A DNA stretch of 34,364 nt from Catajapyx aquilonaris (lineage: Eukaryota), in contig JYFJ02004146.1 of assembly GCA_000934665.2 (NCBI GenBank), positions 1 to 34,364 on the forward strand, in the 5' to 3' direction. A model generated the notes under the pieces. The model was not told the DNA's origin, made no database searches, and worked only from the letters and a program-made list of their open reading frames with translations. Positions 1-12,900 of this stretch are shown one piece after another. A program made the translations under genes and the position numbers. Every line of letters begins with the position of its first letter. The first letter of the stretch is position 1.

Positions 1-173
1 CTGAACATTCAAGTTCATGTAGTGTACCGAACGTCTAATGAGGTAGCCTAACTCAGTCGGAGAACCACCTACACACGCGATTGTATTGTAAGTTACACGT
101 TACCGTAAATGCACGTTATGCCTTTACTTTCCTTCGTCATGTCTACTGATGCATAACTTATTATTCATGCCAG

Positions 174-3100
174 GGAGATCAAATCCAAGCCGAATTGGCA
201 GCTATGATCGTTCTCAAGGACGGCATTAAACTGCAGCACAAAGTACACCGAGAAGCTCTAAATCAGCTAGTGCAAGAAGGAGATATTGACCCTGATCTGA
301 AAGAGAGGCGAAAGGCTGAATGGGCGGATGTTTCTGCATTGGTAAAGACTCTGCTGGCTATAATATTGTGCTATGTGCACCGCATGTCCACGGTTAAAAT
401 GTGAATGTGTGTATATCCCCCATTCTTCCGCGCTGTTGCTTATTCTTCTTCTTCACAGTACGAACCTCTGTCTTGGGCCCACGCTGAAAGGATCGAGCAG
501 CTGGAGACTCAGCTGGCGGACGCCTTAAATGAGGTGTGCAAATTGTACCCACGACTCGACGAAGCCGTCGATGAAATTCAGCAACTGAAGAAGCAATTAG
601 TAACCGCTGGAATCTCCGTGTCAGAATATGGAGACAGCGCGTCTACAACAGATAGTTCATCGGGGTCGAAAAAGGTGAAGTCCTTTGTTAAAAACATTGG
701 TGTGCCAGAATACGTAATTGTGCGTATTTGGCAGTCTTTAAATTTGAGAAAAAGGCATCTGCACATCTTATTTGACCGATACAATTAACCCTCTGGTGAC
801 TAGTAAAAAAATAACTAAAGAGTTACTGTCTAATTATAAGGAAAATTCTTCTAATGAAACGGACAATTCAAATGGAAAAATCCCCATGTGATTGTACTGT
901 ACATTACATTTTTCAAGTGATAGTAGCCTACGTCATTTTGATTATGGACTACTACTTAGGTTAAGTTGTGCTGTACAGTACACTATATTTTGAATTAACA
1001 CACATGGCACATGCTATTGACTTTTAGGCTGGACAGCTTATTTAAATTACTTGTACTTGCTTGTACTGTATCTATAAGTACCATGGTAAACTTAGCTTGA
1101 GTATTTAAGTAAAGGCGTTGTTACCTCACCTCACTTGTAAAGTTACTTTCAAAGTCCATGGAACTGATGTCATACCGAAACATATCTGGATTCAAAAATC
1201 AACTTTTTTTTCAATATTCACTTGGACCTCTTTGTTCGAGAGTAGGCCTAGTTAGATCAGCAGAATTTTGCGTCTGCATACAAATAATGTCCATTTCAGA
1301 CAATTCATAAGATTCCGTAGTTTAAGTACAAAGTTATGGCATTATAGTGGACTATTGCTGATATTATGTGAAATGCTACTCACAGCAACCCCAAGTTATT
1401 TTCCTGTGATCTGTTTCATAACTTATGTGATTGGATCAAAGCATAAGTCGAGGTTAGAAAAGGCCCCCCTTGATACATGTGGCTGGATGCTTGCTTCACC
1501 TAGTGGGAGTGAGTCCAACCACATGGACTGTCTCTAATGTGTACAGTGCAGTGTCGGCATACAAGAGAAACACAGTAATTCCAAAAAACCAGTTTCGAGA
1601 TAATCGAAGGCACTTGCTTACAGGCTAGTGAAGACAGAAAATCCTGGCTTTCTGGTTGATTATTATTAATCTTTAGGACTAAATGGACTTCACCAGAGGC
1701 GATATAAAGTGAAAATGCTACTTGGTGGTGTTAATGTACACAAAACCGCAAATATTGGACTTAATGGATTTCACCTGCATGCCCACGATACGCTCATGTA
1801 AAGCGTAGTATTAGTCATACGGTGCTCTTGTAGTATTTTCCACGTGCAAAAACTTTAATTACTTGTTTGTGTATTTCTATTAAACAGTCGACATCAGTTC
1901 AAATAGAGGAATTACCTACCAAATCCATACCAAGTATTGGAAAAGAGGCCTTAAAGGTAAAGGCATCTCCAAAAAGGTTAGTAAGTTCGTCATTATCGCA
2001 AGCTACAACGGAGACAACGGCGGGGTGTGGACATAAATATGTTTACGGATTATAGGCACTCTAAGTCATGCAGCACACTCTGAAATAAGTCATGCAGCAC
2101 AGAACAGGCCACATCAACTAATTCGCCATTTTAAATTAATCTCGATATTAACACACTTTATTTCACCGTGTCATTTCTCATTTGTGTAATGGTTTTGAAA
2201 TAGTGATTGAATAGTAATTTTTAACAGGTTAATATTAATTTAGTGGAACCACTGGACATTCAAATACTAAGGTTATTTGGTTTGTTGTACTGAAAATACT
2301 ATCCAATACATACAGTATTACCCATTGCACAGTGTTATTGCACAACATATTACATGACATGCTGCGTTATTACAGCACAGAGCAACAAAAATATTTACTT
2401 TCATGGAAACAATTTTCAGTATGAAACAAGAGAGTTAAAATAACGGTGTTGTAGAATGAGGCTAATTGTTGATTTAGCTGACTTTTCTTATTGCTAATGC
2501 CAAAAACACTACTTACTGTGCTACCGAACCAATGCAATGTCTGAATTTTGGTGTAAAATGTGACTTGAGGCCCTTTTCATTTCACCGATTCAATATTGCA
2601 AATACCTTGTGTAGGATTCCGCAGACCAGTGTTTAATAATTTGTTACTTGTTCATGTCTATATCTGACTTACACACTCATTGCAGGAGCAAGGCAGGCAA
2701 AAGAGGAACAGCAAAATCGAAATACAAGGAAATTGTAAAGAAGCGATCAAAAACAAAAGGCCGAAAGAAAAAGAAAGCGATTGGTAAAGGGTCATTCAAG
2801 ACCGTGGTCAAACCCAGATACTTATACGGGAAAAAGCTCAGTCCTGCAGCCCTCGCAAGAGAGAAGGCAAAAAGACAAGTACAAGAGGCGTCTTTAAAAC
2901 ATACAAAAAGAGGTGTGGGCTGGAAGCCAGACCTGCGGCGTCATACGGCGCCGGCCATGCTCGAAAGGGAAGAACCTATTACCAAGAGGCTGTGGTTCGA
3001 ATCGAAGGAACAAGCTAGGATAACACAGCTACAGGGAATGTTATTAGTAAAAGAAGTGATGAGTAAAGACCCAATGGTGATGGATGTCCAGGATGCAAGA

Positions 3101-5962
3101 GCAGCAGTAAAGGCGGGACTAACAGACGCCAAATTAATAAACGTCAAATTTCTCTCGACATCTGAAAAGATACATATGGAGCAAGACCCAGCCGGATTTT
3201 ACAAGAAGAAGGTGGTAGAGAAGCTGGAACAGTTAGAAAAGAAGGATGCAGAAATAATAAAGCAGTTCGACTGGAGGAAGGCCCGAGACAAAGTCAAGGA
3301 CCGGAGCAGACACAGCATTCCAAAGTACCCTGCAAGTGCCATCGAGAAGGTTCAGATACGCCCTTTTCCTCCTCGTCGTCCTCCAGCTCCTCCTCCTGCT
3401 GAATTGATAAAGTCAAGTCATATTCAATACAAGCCCTCCTCCGCTCGGCCTCCTCTTGGTCCTCGCAGCGTGTCCGACACCACTCAAGAGCCTCCCGGCG
3501 TAGATGACGGGCTGGAGACAAATAAGAAGAGGCTCGAAAAGGCTTCTAGAAAGTCGGTCGAAGTGTCTTCTGAAATGAGCGTCCTTTCGTTAAAGAGAGG
3601 GGGTCCTGAAGTTGGGAAAGAGATCCGACATACCAGAAGCCAACGTCGTGACCGTGAGAGTGGGGCCACGGAGTACAGTGAGTTCGACGACGACAGGACA
3701 CGACGTGAAAGCGACGAGTTGGTGTTGTTGTTCACACGCGAGGGACATCCATCTGAACTCTCCGAGTACGACCGTACCAGCAGCCAACGTCGTGACCGTG
3801 AGAGTGTCGCCACGGAGTACGGCGAGTTCGATGACGACAGGAGACGACGTGAAAGCGACGAGGCGGAGGTTTTGGACACACGCGAGAAACGTCGACCTGA
3901 ACCTTATCTCTCCGATTACGACCGTCCTAGACGCTGGCGTCGTCAATATGAGAGTGGGGCCAAGGAGTACGGCGAGTTCGATGACGACAGAAGACGACGT
4001 GAAAGCGATGAGGCGGAATTCTTGCGCACACGCGAGAGACGTCGACCTGAACGCTCCGAGTACGACCGGTATGGCCGTCGACTCGACAGAGACAGTAGTT
4101 TACGATCGGGTTACGACGACGAATCCGAGTACGAGTCGCGTCGACGTGAATCACCAGGCAGGTATCGCGATCGTCGCCCTGAAGATTCTCCGTACGGACG
4201 ACGCCGACGTGAATTTGAATGGGGCAGGTCTGACGATCATCGCTACGACGAGACTGAGCACAGGCGTCGTCGACGTGTATCGCCAGGCAGGACTGACGAT
4301 CATCGCTACGACGAGCCTGAGCACGGGCGTCGTCGACGTGTATCGACAGGTAGGTCTGACGATCATCGCTACGACGAGCCTGAGTACGGGCGTCGTCGAC
4401 GTGTATCGACAGGCAGGTCTGACGATCATCGCTACGACGAGCCTGAGTACGGGCGTCGTCGACGTGTATCGCCAGGCAGGCTTCACGATCGTCATGGCGA
4501 AGAGCAGAGGCGGCCCAGATTCGACTCGTCTTCGACGCACGCCGAACGTAAGTTCGAAGAGGTCGAGGACGAAGAGGGCAAGGACCAGCCTTCGCGTCTG
4601 AAGAAGCGTGGACAACCAGAATACTCGAACAGATATGATGCTCGTCGGAGAGAAGGAGGCTTTCCAACCGAACTTGACGTGAGTGCCGTACAGGGCAAGT
4701 ATCCGTCGCGTCAGCCACACGTCGAAAGCCATCAGTTCATATCCCGAGACAGACGCCCCGTCGATCAGGGGTATCTAAGTTCATTGGAGCACATCAGACC
4801 CCCCGTCGATCAGGGGTATCGAAGTTCATTGGAGCACAGACCCACCGTCGATCATGGGTATCTAAGTTCATTGGAGCACTGGTCTAGCGTGGTGTCTACT
4901 CCCTCACTCTCAATGCCAAGGTAATGTGGAAAAGTCCTTCTTGCGTACGAGTATAATTTATGTAAAGCACTGCAAGTTCTACAAACATGCATCGTGCTTC
5001 CTTAAATCTCTCAGCATATCTAAAATTTCTCACTGACTTTCCATTCTGCACGTTATACTGTATTTTTCTCCATAAAAGACTTCCCAAAAACAAACTACTA
5101 ATCGCCCCATACACCTTCCAACCCGCAGAAGTTTCTCTGAAAAAGAGGAGAGCAAAATAAGTGTCACGAACCTAGACTACTACGAGAGAGATGAAGAAGC
5201 GCTAAAAGCAATGCCGTTTATGGACACTACGGAAATGTGGGAGGAAGTAGACGAAAACGAGGTGAAGGTCATCTGGGAAAAGTTGGCAGAAGTCGTCTGC
5301 ACAAGAGGCGTAGACAAGGTACCGCATCTATTACACAGTGTACCCCATCAGTCCAAAAAGAATTGTCCCTCGCGTCGAGCGGGCTGCCACGCGTCAGGAT
5401 GAAAGGAACCAGTTAACTGGTTGCTTTCATCCTGACGCGTGGCTGCCCGCTCGACGCGAGGGACAATTCTTTTTGAACTGTTGTACATACACACGCGCGA
5501 TCTTGAATTTGGCAAAAATATGCCACCTGACCGTAAATGGTGACAAACAAAAAAATAATGCTCTGAACTTTCACAGGAGAAGTGGACGAAAGAGCGTCTC
5601 ATTCGCAGCGAGCGATCGTGGCAGTTGCGCTATCGGGTCCTGCAACAGACGTGCAGATCGCATCGCGACGAATCTTACCTCAGAATGTCACTTCATCATC
5701 GTCAGGTGTCCCTGTGTACCGCGGCTCCAGGATATAAGGTTCGTCTTTTTCGTAATAAGCTCACCGCATAATAATACCGGATGGGGATGAAACGTGCTTT
5801 TTTTATTATTAATATTGTTGAAATCGCTGATTAGTATCCAAATTCCGCTATAAGCAAGCAACACAAAGTAACGAAATTAATGATGAAATATTTCAGAACA
5901 ACAATCAACCAGTTGGAATATGGCCAGTTCATCACCTTCCTCCAGGGAATTCCGCTGATTAG
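174..5962 (+). CDS. Uncharacterised multi-exon protein, 5'-partial: coiled-coil-like segment, Lys-rich segment, Pro-rich segment and Arg/Asp/Glu-rich tandem repeats
   Basis: Phase-consistent GT-AG exons read by eye: 174-341 (ph0), 459-674 (ph0; ERIEQLETQLADALNE...EIQQLKKQL heptad-like), 1888-1976 (ph2), 2686-4920 (ph2; within the 758-aa ORF), 5129-5318 (ph0). The last two exons, 5577-5738 and 5897-5962 (TAG), are tentative. AATAAA at ~6196. No family recognised. Confidence 0.65.
3638..4879 (+). repeat. Coding tandem repeats within the large exon
   Basis: Three ~144-156 bp units (SQRRDRES.ATEY.EFDDDR.RRESDE) from 3638, 3782 and ~3938. Four full 63-bp units plus a partial one (GRSDDHRYDEPEYGRRRRVST) from 4223, 4286, 4349, 4412 and 4475. 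Three 42-45 bp units (RPPVDQGYLSSLEH) at 4751-4879. Confidence 0.9.
5349..5480. mobile_element. 132-bp spacerless palindrome, probable MITE derivative
   Basis: Arms CAGTCCAAAAAGAATTGTCCCTCGCG... and ...CGCGAGGGACAATTCTTTTTGAACTG, centred on CCAGTT|AACTGG, with about 3 mismatches. Lies in an intron. No clear TSD. Confidence 0.7.
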
Positions 5963-6259
5963 AAGTCGCCAACGAATTGGGGAAACCTCGGTTCGGATGA
6001 TGACCTGCATGTGGACTTCTTGCTTTGATCAAGAGTAATCACTTTTACGACTCACTGGCACATTTCTGAAGGGCTGCACCTCAGCGACGTTGGTATGTGT
6101 GAGTGATTTTCCTTTCTGCAGAAACATATAGTGCATCATTTCTCCCAATTTGATGCCAGAGAAGGAGCAATTTACTCTGCAATCGCTGTCACCTTAATAA
6201 AAAGCGGTAAAAAAATATGAGTTTTTAATGTATCCCCTCCTAACATATAGTGATGTATT

Positions 6260-6401
6260 CTATCGGGTTCAAATACTTTTGGCCACTTTATCCTGGTCTT
6301 GAAGCAACCCTTCGCACAGACCCCACGTTAGGGAGGTGCGCGCGCGCGAAGGGTTGCTTCAAGACCAAGATAAAGTGGCCAAAAGTATTTGAACCCGATA
6401 G
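6260..6401. mobile_element. MITE with 56-bp TIRs (Tc1/mariner-like)
   Basis: TIRs 6260-6315 and 6346-6401 (CTATCGGGTTCAAATACTTTTGGCCAC...), 1 mismatch, 30-bp spacer. TA at the right flank; left flank is TAtt. Superfamily assignment is tentative. Confidence 0.75.
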
Positions 6402-6978
6402 TACATATGTAGACATAATAATGATGTAATACCAATCACATTTTGTATTCACCACCTATAACGCGACTACGGACTACAGTATACTATGGGATGTCTACTT
6501 ACCCCTGGTAAACTGGAAACCCGTCGAACAAAAGAAGCTCTTGGGTTGCAGCGCAGCGTAGGATAAGGTCCAACATTTTTATCACATTTCTGGAGCGAAT
6601 TTGTTCACTATGGATAAACTAGCCGTACGAAATAATATTGGTGTATACATGTATTGGTGTATAATGGCACATTTGATGTTTGATGTTTTAAAATATACCG
6701 TAAACACTATTTCCATATCCGACAATGCAGTGGACAAGACAGCGTCAGCACTCATCATGCTGACTCACTGCAGCACGTGTGTTTATTGCTTTAGTATATT
6801 AATAGACTCAGCCTATAGACATCTGTGGTAGTGTAAAAACAATTTTCCAAATAGGATTGCAATGCACTCGATTACTCATCATGCCAGTGTGATCAGAGTA
6901 AAAAAGGTTGATTGTCTACACAGGCGGGCTTGCCCTCCGAAGAGAGGCTTCATTATAAAGCAGTTAGAGGTCCTCATT

Positions 6979-9900
6979 CAGCTGCGGATCATACTTTTGT
7001 GGGGATCTCCCTCACCCCCCTTTGACCCCCCTCTCTTTCTAACCCGCACCCGGAGGGGTCAGAGGGGGTTGGATGGATGGGGGATGGTTTTTGGGTGATG
7101 TGGTTGAACTGCAGGGGGGCTTGCCATGAGCTTGCCGCTTCGTCGCTCTTGGTCAATGGCTGGCCCATTGCTCTTTGTTTTGCTTGACCCAACGATTTCC
7201 AGCGTCTTTCAGCTATCCTGTGTATATTGCCATCAAATGAAACGACAGTTTTTTTGCGGGCTAATTGTCGAGTAGGCTACGACATAACTTACAGACGGGA
7301 TTAATTTTTAATTTATTCAGATGCATGTTTGATCTTAATGGCAAGCAGCAATTAACATATGCTTAAATCATACTTCTTTATATATTGCAGGCCTAAAGCG
7401 CTTCCATTCATAGTTGGTGGGATGAAACCGGCTTCCACAAAAATTGGCTGTTATTAGTTGAAGTATTATGAGGAAAACATGCACTAATTATTATTAGCTT
7501 AAGTTCGTCCTAAAGCTACTTATTGCCTGATCTTTACACAGGCTTGTTATAACCCTTTATGAACAAAGGGAAACAAAAAGCAAGTAAAAACAAGGGGTAG
7601 AATTCTCATTGCACTGAGCTACTGTTAACTTATCAGTACCTATCAGTGCCAGGACGAAAATTCGACCCAAGAGATTTTCCTGGTTATTATACGGTAATAA
7701 TTATTGCTCAAAGTATGGTGTAAGAAGCACGACACCTATGGGCAATGCTCGATGAATTTATTCCAAAGCGACTGAAATCATGATTTCAGTCGCTTTGGAA
7801 TAAATTCACATATTCAATATTTTTAATGCGACTGCAGCAAAAGGAACAGCTTTTAAAAATTTAAAAGGGGTTGAAAGCAGGTGGTGTCGATTTATTGTTA
7901 TAGTGTTATTGACAGAAAAAAGAGCAGCCATTTTTTTCTTGCTTCCCCAGCACAGGATTAAATATGGCGCGGGATTAGGAAATCTGTGGTACAAAGAAGA
8001 GAGATTAACTACTAGGAGGGGAGGGGTTGTCGCAGCACTCTAAGTAAATCCCCCTTCTGACGAATCCATCACGACTTACATTTTTAATTCAAGCATCATC
8101 GCGACTGGGTTTTCCTCCGACTTGTTTTCCAAGCTTCAAAAATCTAAATCGGTCAATATATGGAATGTATCAACCACATCGCCTGTTCAGTACTTATTGG
8201 ATATACAACCCAGCAGAATTGATAACAGCAAAACGATTATGAAGTGGCCACTTCCTCTTTTTAAATAAGAGATATGTTATTCCCCCTAACCTCATTAACA
8301 AGCAGGTGAGTGATTTGCAGGTGTACAAGTTTGATTATTGGAGAGCAGGGGAGTGTGTGGTCGGCACTGACAGAGTTTGTAATAATAATCTAACCATAAG
8401 CTGCACATATAGGGGGGTCCGCTTGTGTACCCCTACTGCTTTGGGAGGGTTGAATGTGACATTAGGCATAAATGATTGAGAAGCCACGTGAATGCCAGGC
8501 GCCACCTCGCGTGTCGCTCTGCCTTCGTCCGACCCACATATTTTCCCCTTCACTTGTTTGTCATTTATTCATCTCCTTTTTTGTGGAGGAACCAAGCAAT
8601 CACGAAACGTGAGTCCCCCTTCTTTCGAGTCAGCTGATTTCTGCCTTCCGATTCTTATCCGACAGCGCAGGTGTCTGCATGCACATAGTTTTCCGTAATT
8701 CATTGCATTCGATACCTGTTTTTTTCCTGGTGAAAACGGTGGGTAAACATATAATCCATCGATATTGCGGAGTAGTCGCGTTAAATAATAAACCTAGCAG
8801 GTGGTATTAATGGGGTCCGTATCGCGCGAATTGCAAAATCTAAATTGAGCAAATGCAGAAATGGCACTCTGGTACACTTTACCTGAATTGAGCCAATACA
8901 TTCAATCAGATTGGGTGAGATAAACGGTAATAATAGTGAGACGTAAAGTGCTGTAAATGTTAGCAATTATTCGTTTTTAACACGTTTATTATTTTAGAGA
9001 ATCCTGCTGAGAGTATACGTTACAAACTGTATTATTTATTTACGTCATGGAAGAAGAGGTTAAAACAAAGACCAAGGCTCACAATTAAACATATCACAGT
9101 ACAATCTCAGTATGAAACGCGGAGCTTTATGGATAAAAATGATCGATTATGGAAATGCGCACTGCGTGTAATGCACGAGTATACAGTACGAATATTGTCT
9201 AGTTTGAAGCGAAGGGTATACATATAGTCGAGAGGAAAGGGCGTGCAGCTGCGTTGGTCGAAAAAAAAAGAGGATGGGTGCTGGGTGCTGTGTCGCAGGT
9301 GCTGGACATGAACCACTGACCCCGTCATCATTTCCACCCCCCAAACACCCACGAACTCTTCTCCCCCCCCCCCCTTTCGACCACCTTCCTCCTATAGCTG
9401 ATGGTACCCCCAACCCCCAATATCCCCACCCCTTATTCACGTTCCCTTCTCATCCATTTACACAGCTTTTGTCCACAAACACCTTTGTTTGCCATCACTT
9501 ATTTCACTCTCCCTCCGCAAGTAGACCCAACTACTCATGCCTAGGATTGCATGCACTTTGCTTCTCCAAATCCAGATCCATTTAATCCCTGAGAAAAGAT
9601 CAACAGAGACGATTCGGAATGGAAATGTCTGGCCAACATGTATCCGGCCGATTTTTTTTTGTGAGAAGTGTAAGATGCTTATCTGTATAATTACTTCATT
9701 ACATTGCGACAAATTACGTGATTTTTCACTCGCTGTCCAGTTGAAATAGCACAGAGTGAAGGTTCGACTAACTCTATAACCACTTTTACCATTAATATTT
9801 TCACCAAATATTTATTTTTGTTTTGAATACATACAGAATACTCCACTCCACATTCTAATTCAATTGAGAGGAATCCACTCAAAATTAGTTGAAGTGTCGG

Positions 9901-12900
9901 AAAATTTAAATTGGGAAAGAAGAAACTCATAATAATTATTTAGAGAGAGTGCGCGTCCAAAATTTTTGTCCTCGAGATTATGATGTTGGGGTGGTCATAA
10001 CTTTTGGTAATTGCAATTCTGTTGAGGTGGCAATTGATTGTTTAACAGTACAAAATGATGTCCAGGGACTATAAACCATAGACATGGAACAGGAGCAGCT
10101 GTCCACCACAAGATTCTGGATCCATTGGTATAGGGTGCTTGTGTTCACAATATGTGTTTGGTCAGGTGTGGGCGGGGTGGAATAGGGTCTGTTGGGTGGG
10201 GGTGACTAAGGACCACCGCCTATTGTGAACCCACACTCTGGGGTCGGGCTCTTTTTTTAAACCACATAAAAAATCTCAACTGTGTGTGACCATTGCCACT
10301 TTTTTAAGTATATGAATCTGCTGTATAGTCTATTTAGCATATTTTTTGCTTCGTTTTTTACAATCAGCTGTGGGACATACTAGAGTCTAGTGTGCCTCTT
10401 TTTTCATATAGCCTAGTTTACTATGCAGTAATGGGAGCCAGCTGGAGTAATATTAATGTGCTTACACTCTAAACTGGAATTAGTTGGACAGACACAGGGA
10501 TTTTGTACATAAAGGAATGGCATTATGCGTGGCACGCTCCAGTGGGCATCCTGACAGGGATGCGGTATGTCCCGCTCTTCATTTATTAGTGAACATAATG
10601 GTCTAACTTTACAGGTTGATGGGTGCGATTAATCAAGGTTTGCTTGAGCGTGACGAAGCGCAATTTTTCCGGAAAGCTTCAATATACGCACGTGTTTGGA
10701 CGCAGGTGGGGTTAGATATCCGATTCCGTCGACTCATTTCCGTCACATGTAATTATTGCATCCGCATCGACACCTTTGAACCACAATGGTTTATGGCAAT
10801 GTCTAACAAAGGACATCATACAGCGCTAATTCTATAAATAAATAAAATGCCAATAACTGACCATTTGTGGTTGTAACTATTTGTACATTATTTTACTAGA
10901 TATCCTTTTGATAGTTACAATAAGTGTAACATCATTCGTTAATAGAGGAGATTCATAGTGCGACCTGTTTCAAACTAAGACCAACGCATTGTGCAATATT
11001 ATAGTTCGCTATATTAGTGGACATTTTAAAAATCCATTCCGATCGGTTTTTAAATTCTTACAAAAATTGCTCTAGTGAGGCAACTGATAAAGCCCGTGAT
11101 AATTCTTCCATTATTATTTGTTGGTCGTCGGAGTGGAGTTTTGGAGGCGGAAAGATCGAGGAGTGATGATGGTCCGTGTAACTGGGTCCATACAAAAGGC
11201 AGGAGAAAACAGAAGTGAATGAAATCGAGTGTGGAATGGGTGGTTGTTTGCCCGTGCCAGGTGAGCAAACCCGAGTCCTGTCGATTGATGGCCCCAATCA
11301 AGCTTTCTGCCTTGATTTACGACCGCTCCTTATCTACGCCCACCTGTGTTTCATCCCCCAAGCTCTTCACTAAAAAACTACCCGCAAAATTATACACTTC
11401 ATTTTTTGCACTTTGTAACCTTTCAAACTCTACATATGAATAAGGCTAAGGTAAGGTAAAAAAATAGTTTAAAGATCATTATGATAATATCTTGATATAA
11501 TAGTAAAGCATAGTGATGACCAAAGCTATATAAATATCGTCAAGTTTTTTTCATGTACAAAAAGTTGTCAAATAATGTCAATGGAAACCACATAAAAACT
11601 TGGGTCTTGCATAATTATAAGACATAAGACGGTTGGCTAACTCATTGGTCTGATTAGCAATGATGATGGCGGGGGTAGGGGAGGGGGGGAAGGCAATAGA
11701 ATTGATTAGGTTCCTGATCACATTTAAGAGTCTGAGAGCAAGTAGAGCGGATCATATCCAGCATCCACCCATCCGTCTATCCCTTTTCACAAAACGCTTA
11801 TTCGCCATTCACATGTCTCCAGCTGTCCCCCGTAGATCCGGATCGTTTTCTCCTCTCGTGGGAAATGAGGAGATGCCCTTCTAGATTACCCCCACTTCAT
11901 CTCTTATCACTTCATCTTACACGTTCAACCAAACTCCTACCATCCAATGGCCTACAACCGCTCGTTTGTTCATTTTTCCCTAATCCATGTAATCGAGCCT
12001 GAAATGATCCTTCCAAATGTTTGCAATCCCCATAAAATTGGTCCAGCTGCTACATACTGTCATATTGAGCCTGTATTACATGAAGTATGATGTGCTATGT
12101 AAATGGTGCAAAGGTATCCAGCTAATTAGCACCATAATTACCAGATCTGACAATGAGAGTTCTGCTGACGAGTGGACCGTGTGATGAATGATGTTGTCAG
12201 GAGGTGTGAGTTAAGAATCAGTTCAAGTCGCATTAACTCAGGTAAGGTTGCTTCTCACGGGCAGATTTTGCGGAAGGGGGTGGCCGTCGAAAGCACCAAA
12301 CTTTGAGGGATGGGGGTGAGGAGCCAATCGAGCATTGAGCCCCGTTTGTTCATTTGAATCAATTAGCATATGAAAAGGTGTGGCGAGTGGAAGAGGATTT
12401 GCCAACGTCCTTTGGAAGGCTCATAATAATCCTGGGGAACCGGTGTCACTGATCCCAGAACCTTCCCCCCTTCCCCCAAAAAATCGCTCGTGACTGCCCT
12501 TGCTCCCTACCCCACTCTTCATAGGGGGGAGTTTTGGGGAGAAGGGGGGCAGAAGGGCCCTTTGGAGGCGCTTGAGTGGGCGCCACGTGCTCGAGGCCTC
12601 TTCACCGACACTCTTTTATTATCCCGGAACATATGCATCACAGCAGGGAAGATTACACCTCTCTTCACTGCCTTCACCTCCTCAGTACATCAAATATTCC
12701 CTCAATTTAGTGCCACACAGCATATTGCACATGATCTTCACCTTGATCTAGTGCTGATTGTTACATAACGCAGTGCTGTATTAATACGGTATTACTTAAT
12801 GGGTGGCAGGTTAGGTACAAAATTATGGGAGTGAGGGTGCTGCTTGGGTTGGGGGGTTCGGTCCATGGAATCAAATGAGTATGGAAAGAGGAGTAAAGTG

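Noticed and set aside
2062..2101. 16-bp direct repeat TAAGTCATGCAGCACA flanking 8 bp
   Set aside because: Most simply a small local duplication in an intron; no further structure.
4223..4498. Regular 63-bp repeats as a CRISPR-like array
   Set aside because: The units are contiguous with no unique spacers, lie in frame within a eukaryotic exon, and no cas genes are present.
3484..4732. Long overlapping ORFs in alternative frames and on the minus strand (329, 263, 193, 131 aa)
   Set aside because: These are shadows of the stop-poor, 3n-periodic repeats of the main exon, with no independent splice or start evidence.
5898..6038. Alternative frame TTINQLEYGQFITFLQ... faintly like p25-alpha/EF-hand helices
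   Set aside because: It requires a phase not supported by the preceding exon chain, and the resemblance is too short to trust.
11341..11360. CACCTGtgtttcatcccc as a canonical PTF1 bipartite site
   Set aside because: The TC-box part does not match TTTCCCA at the required spacing.
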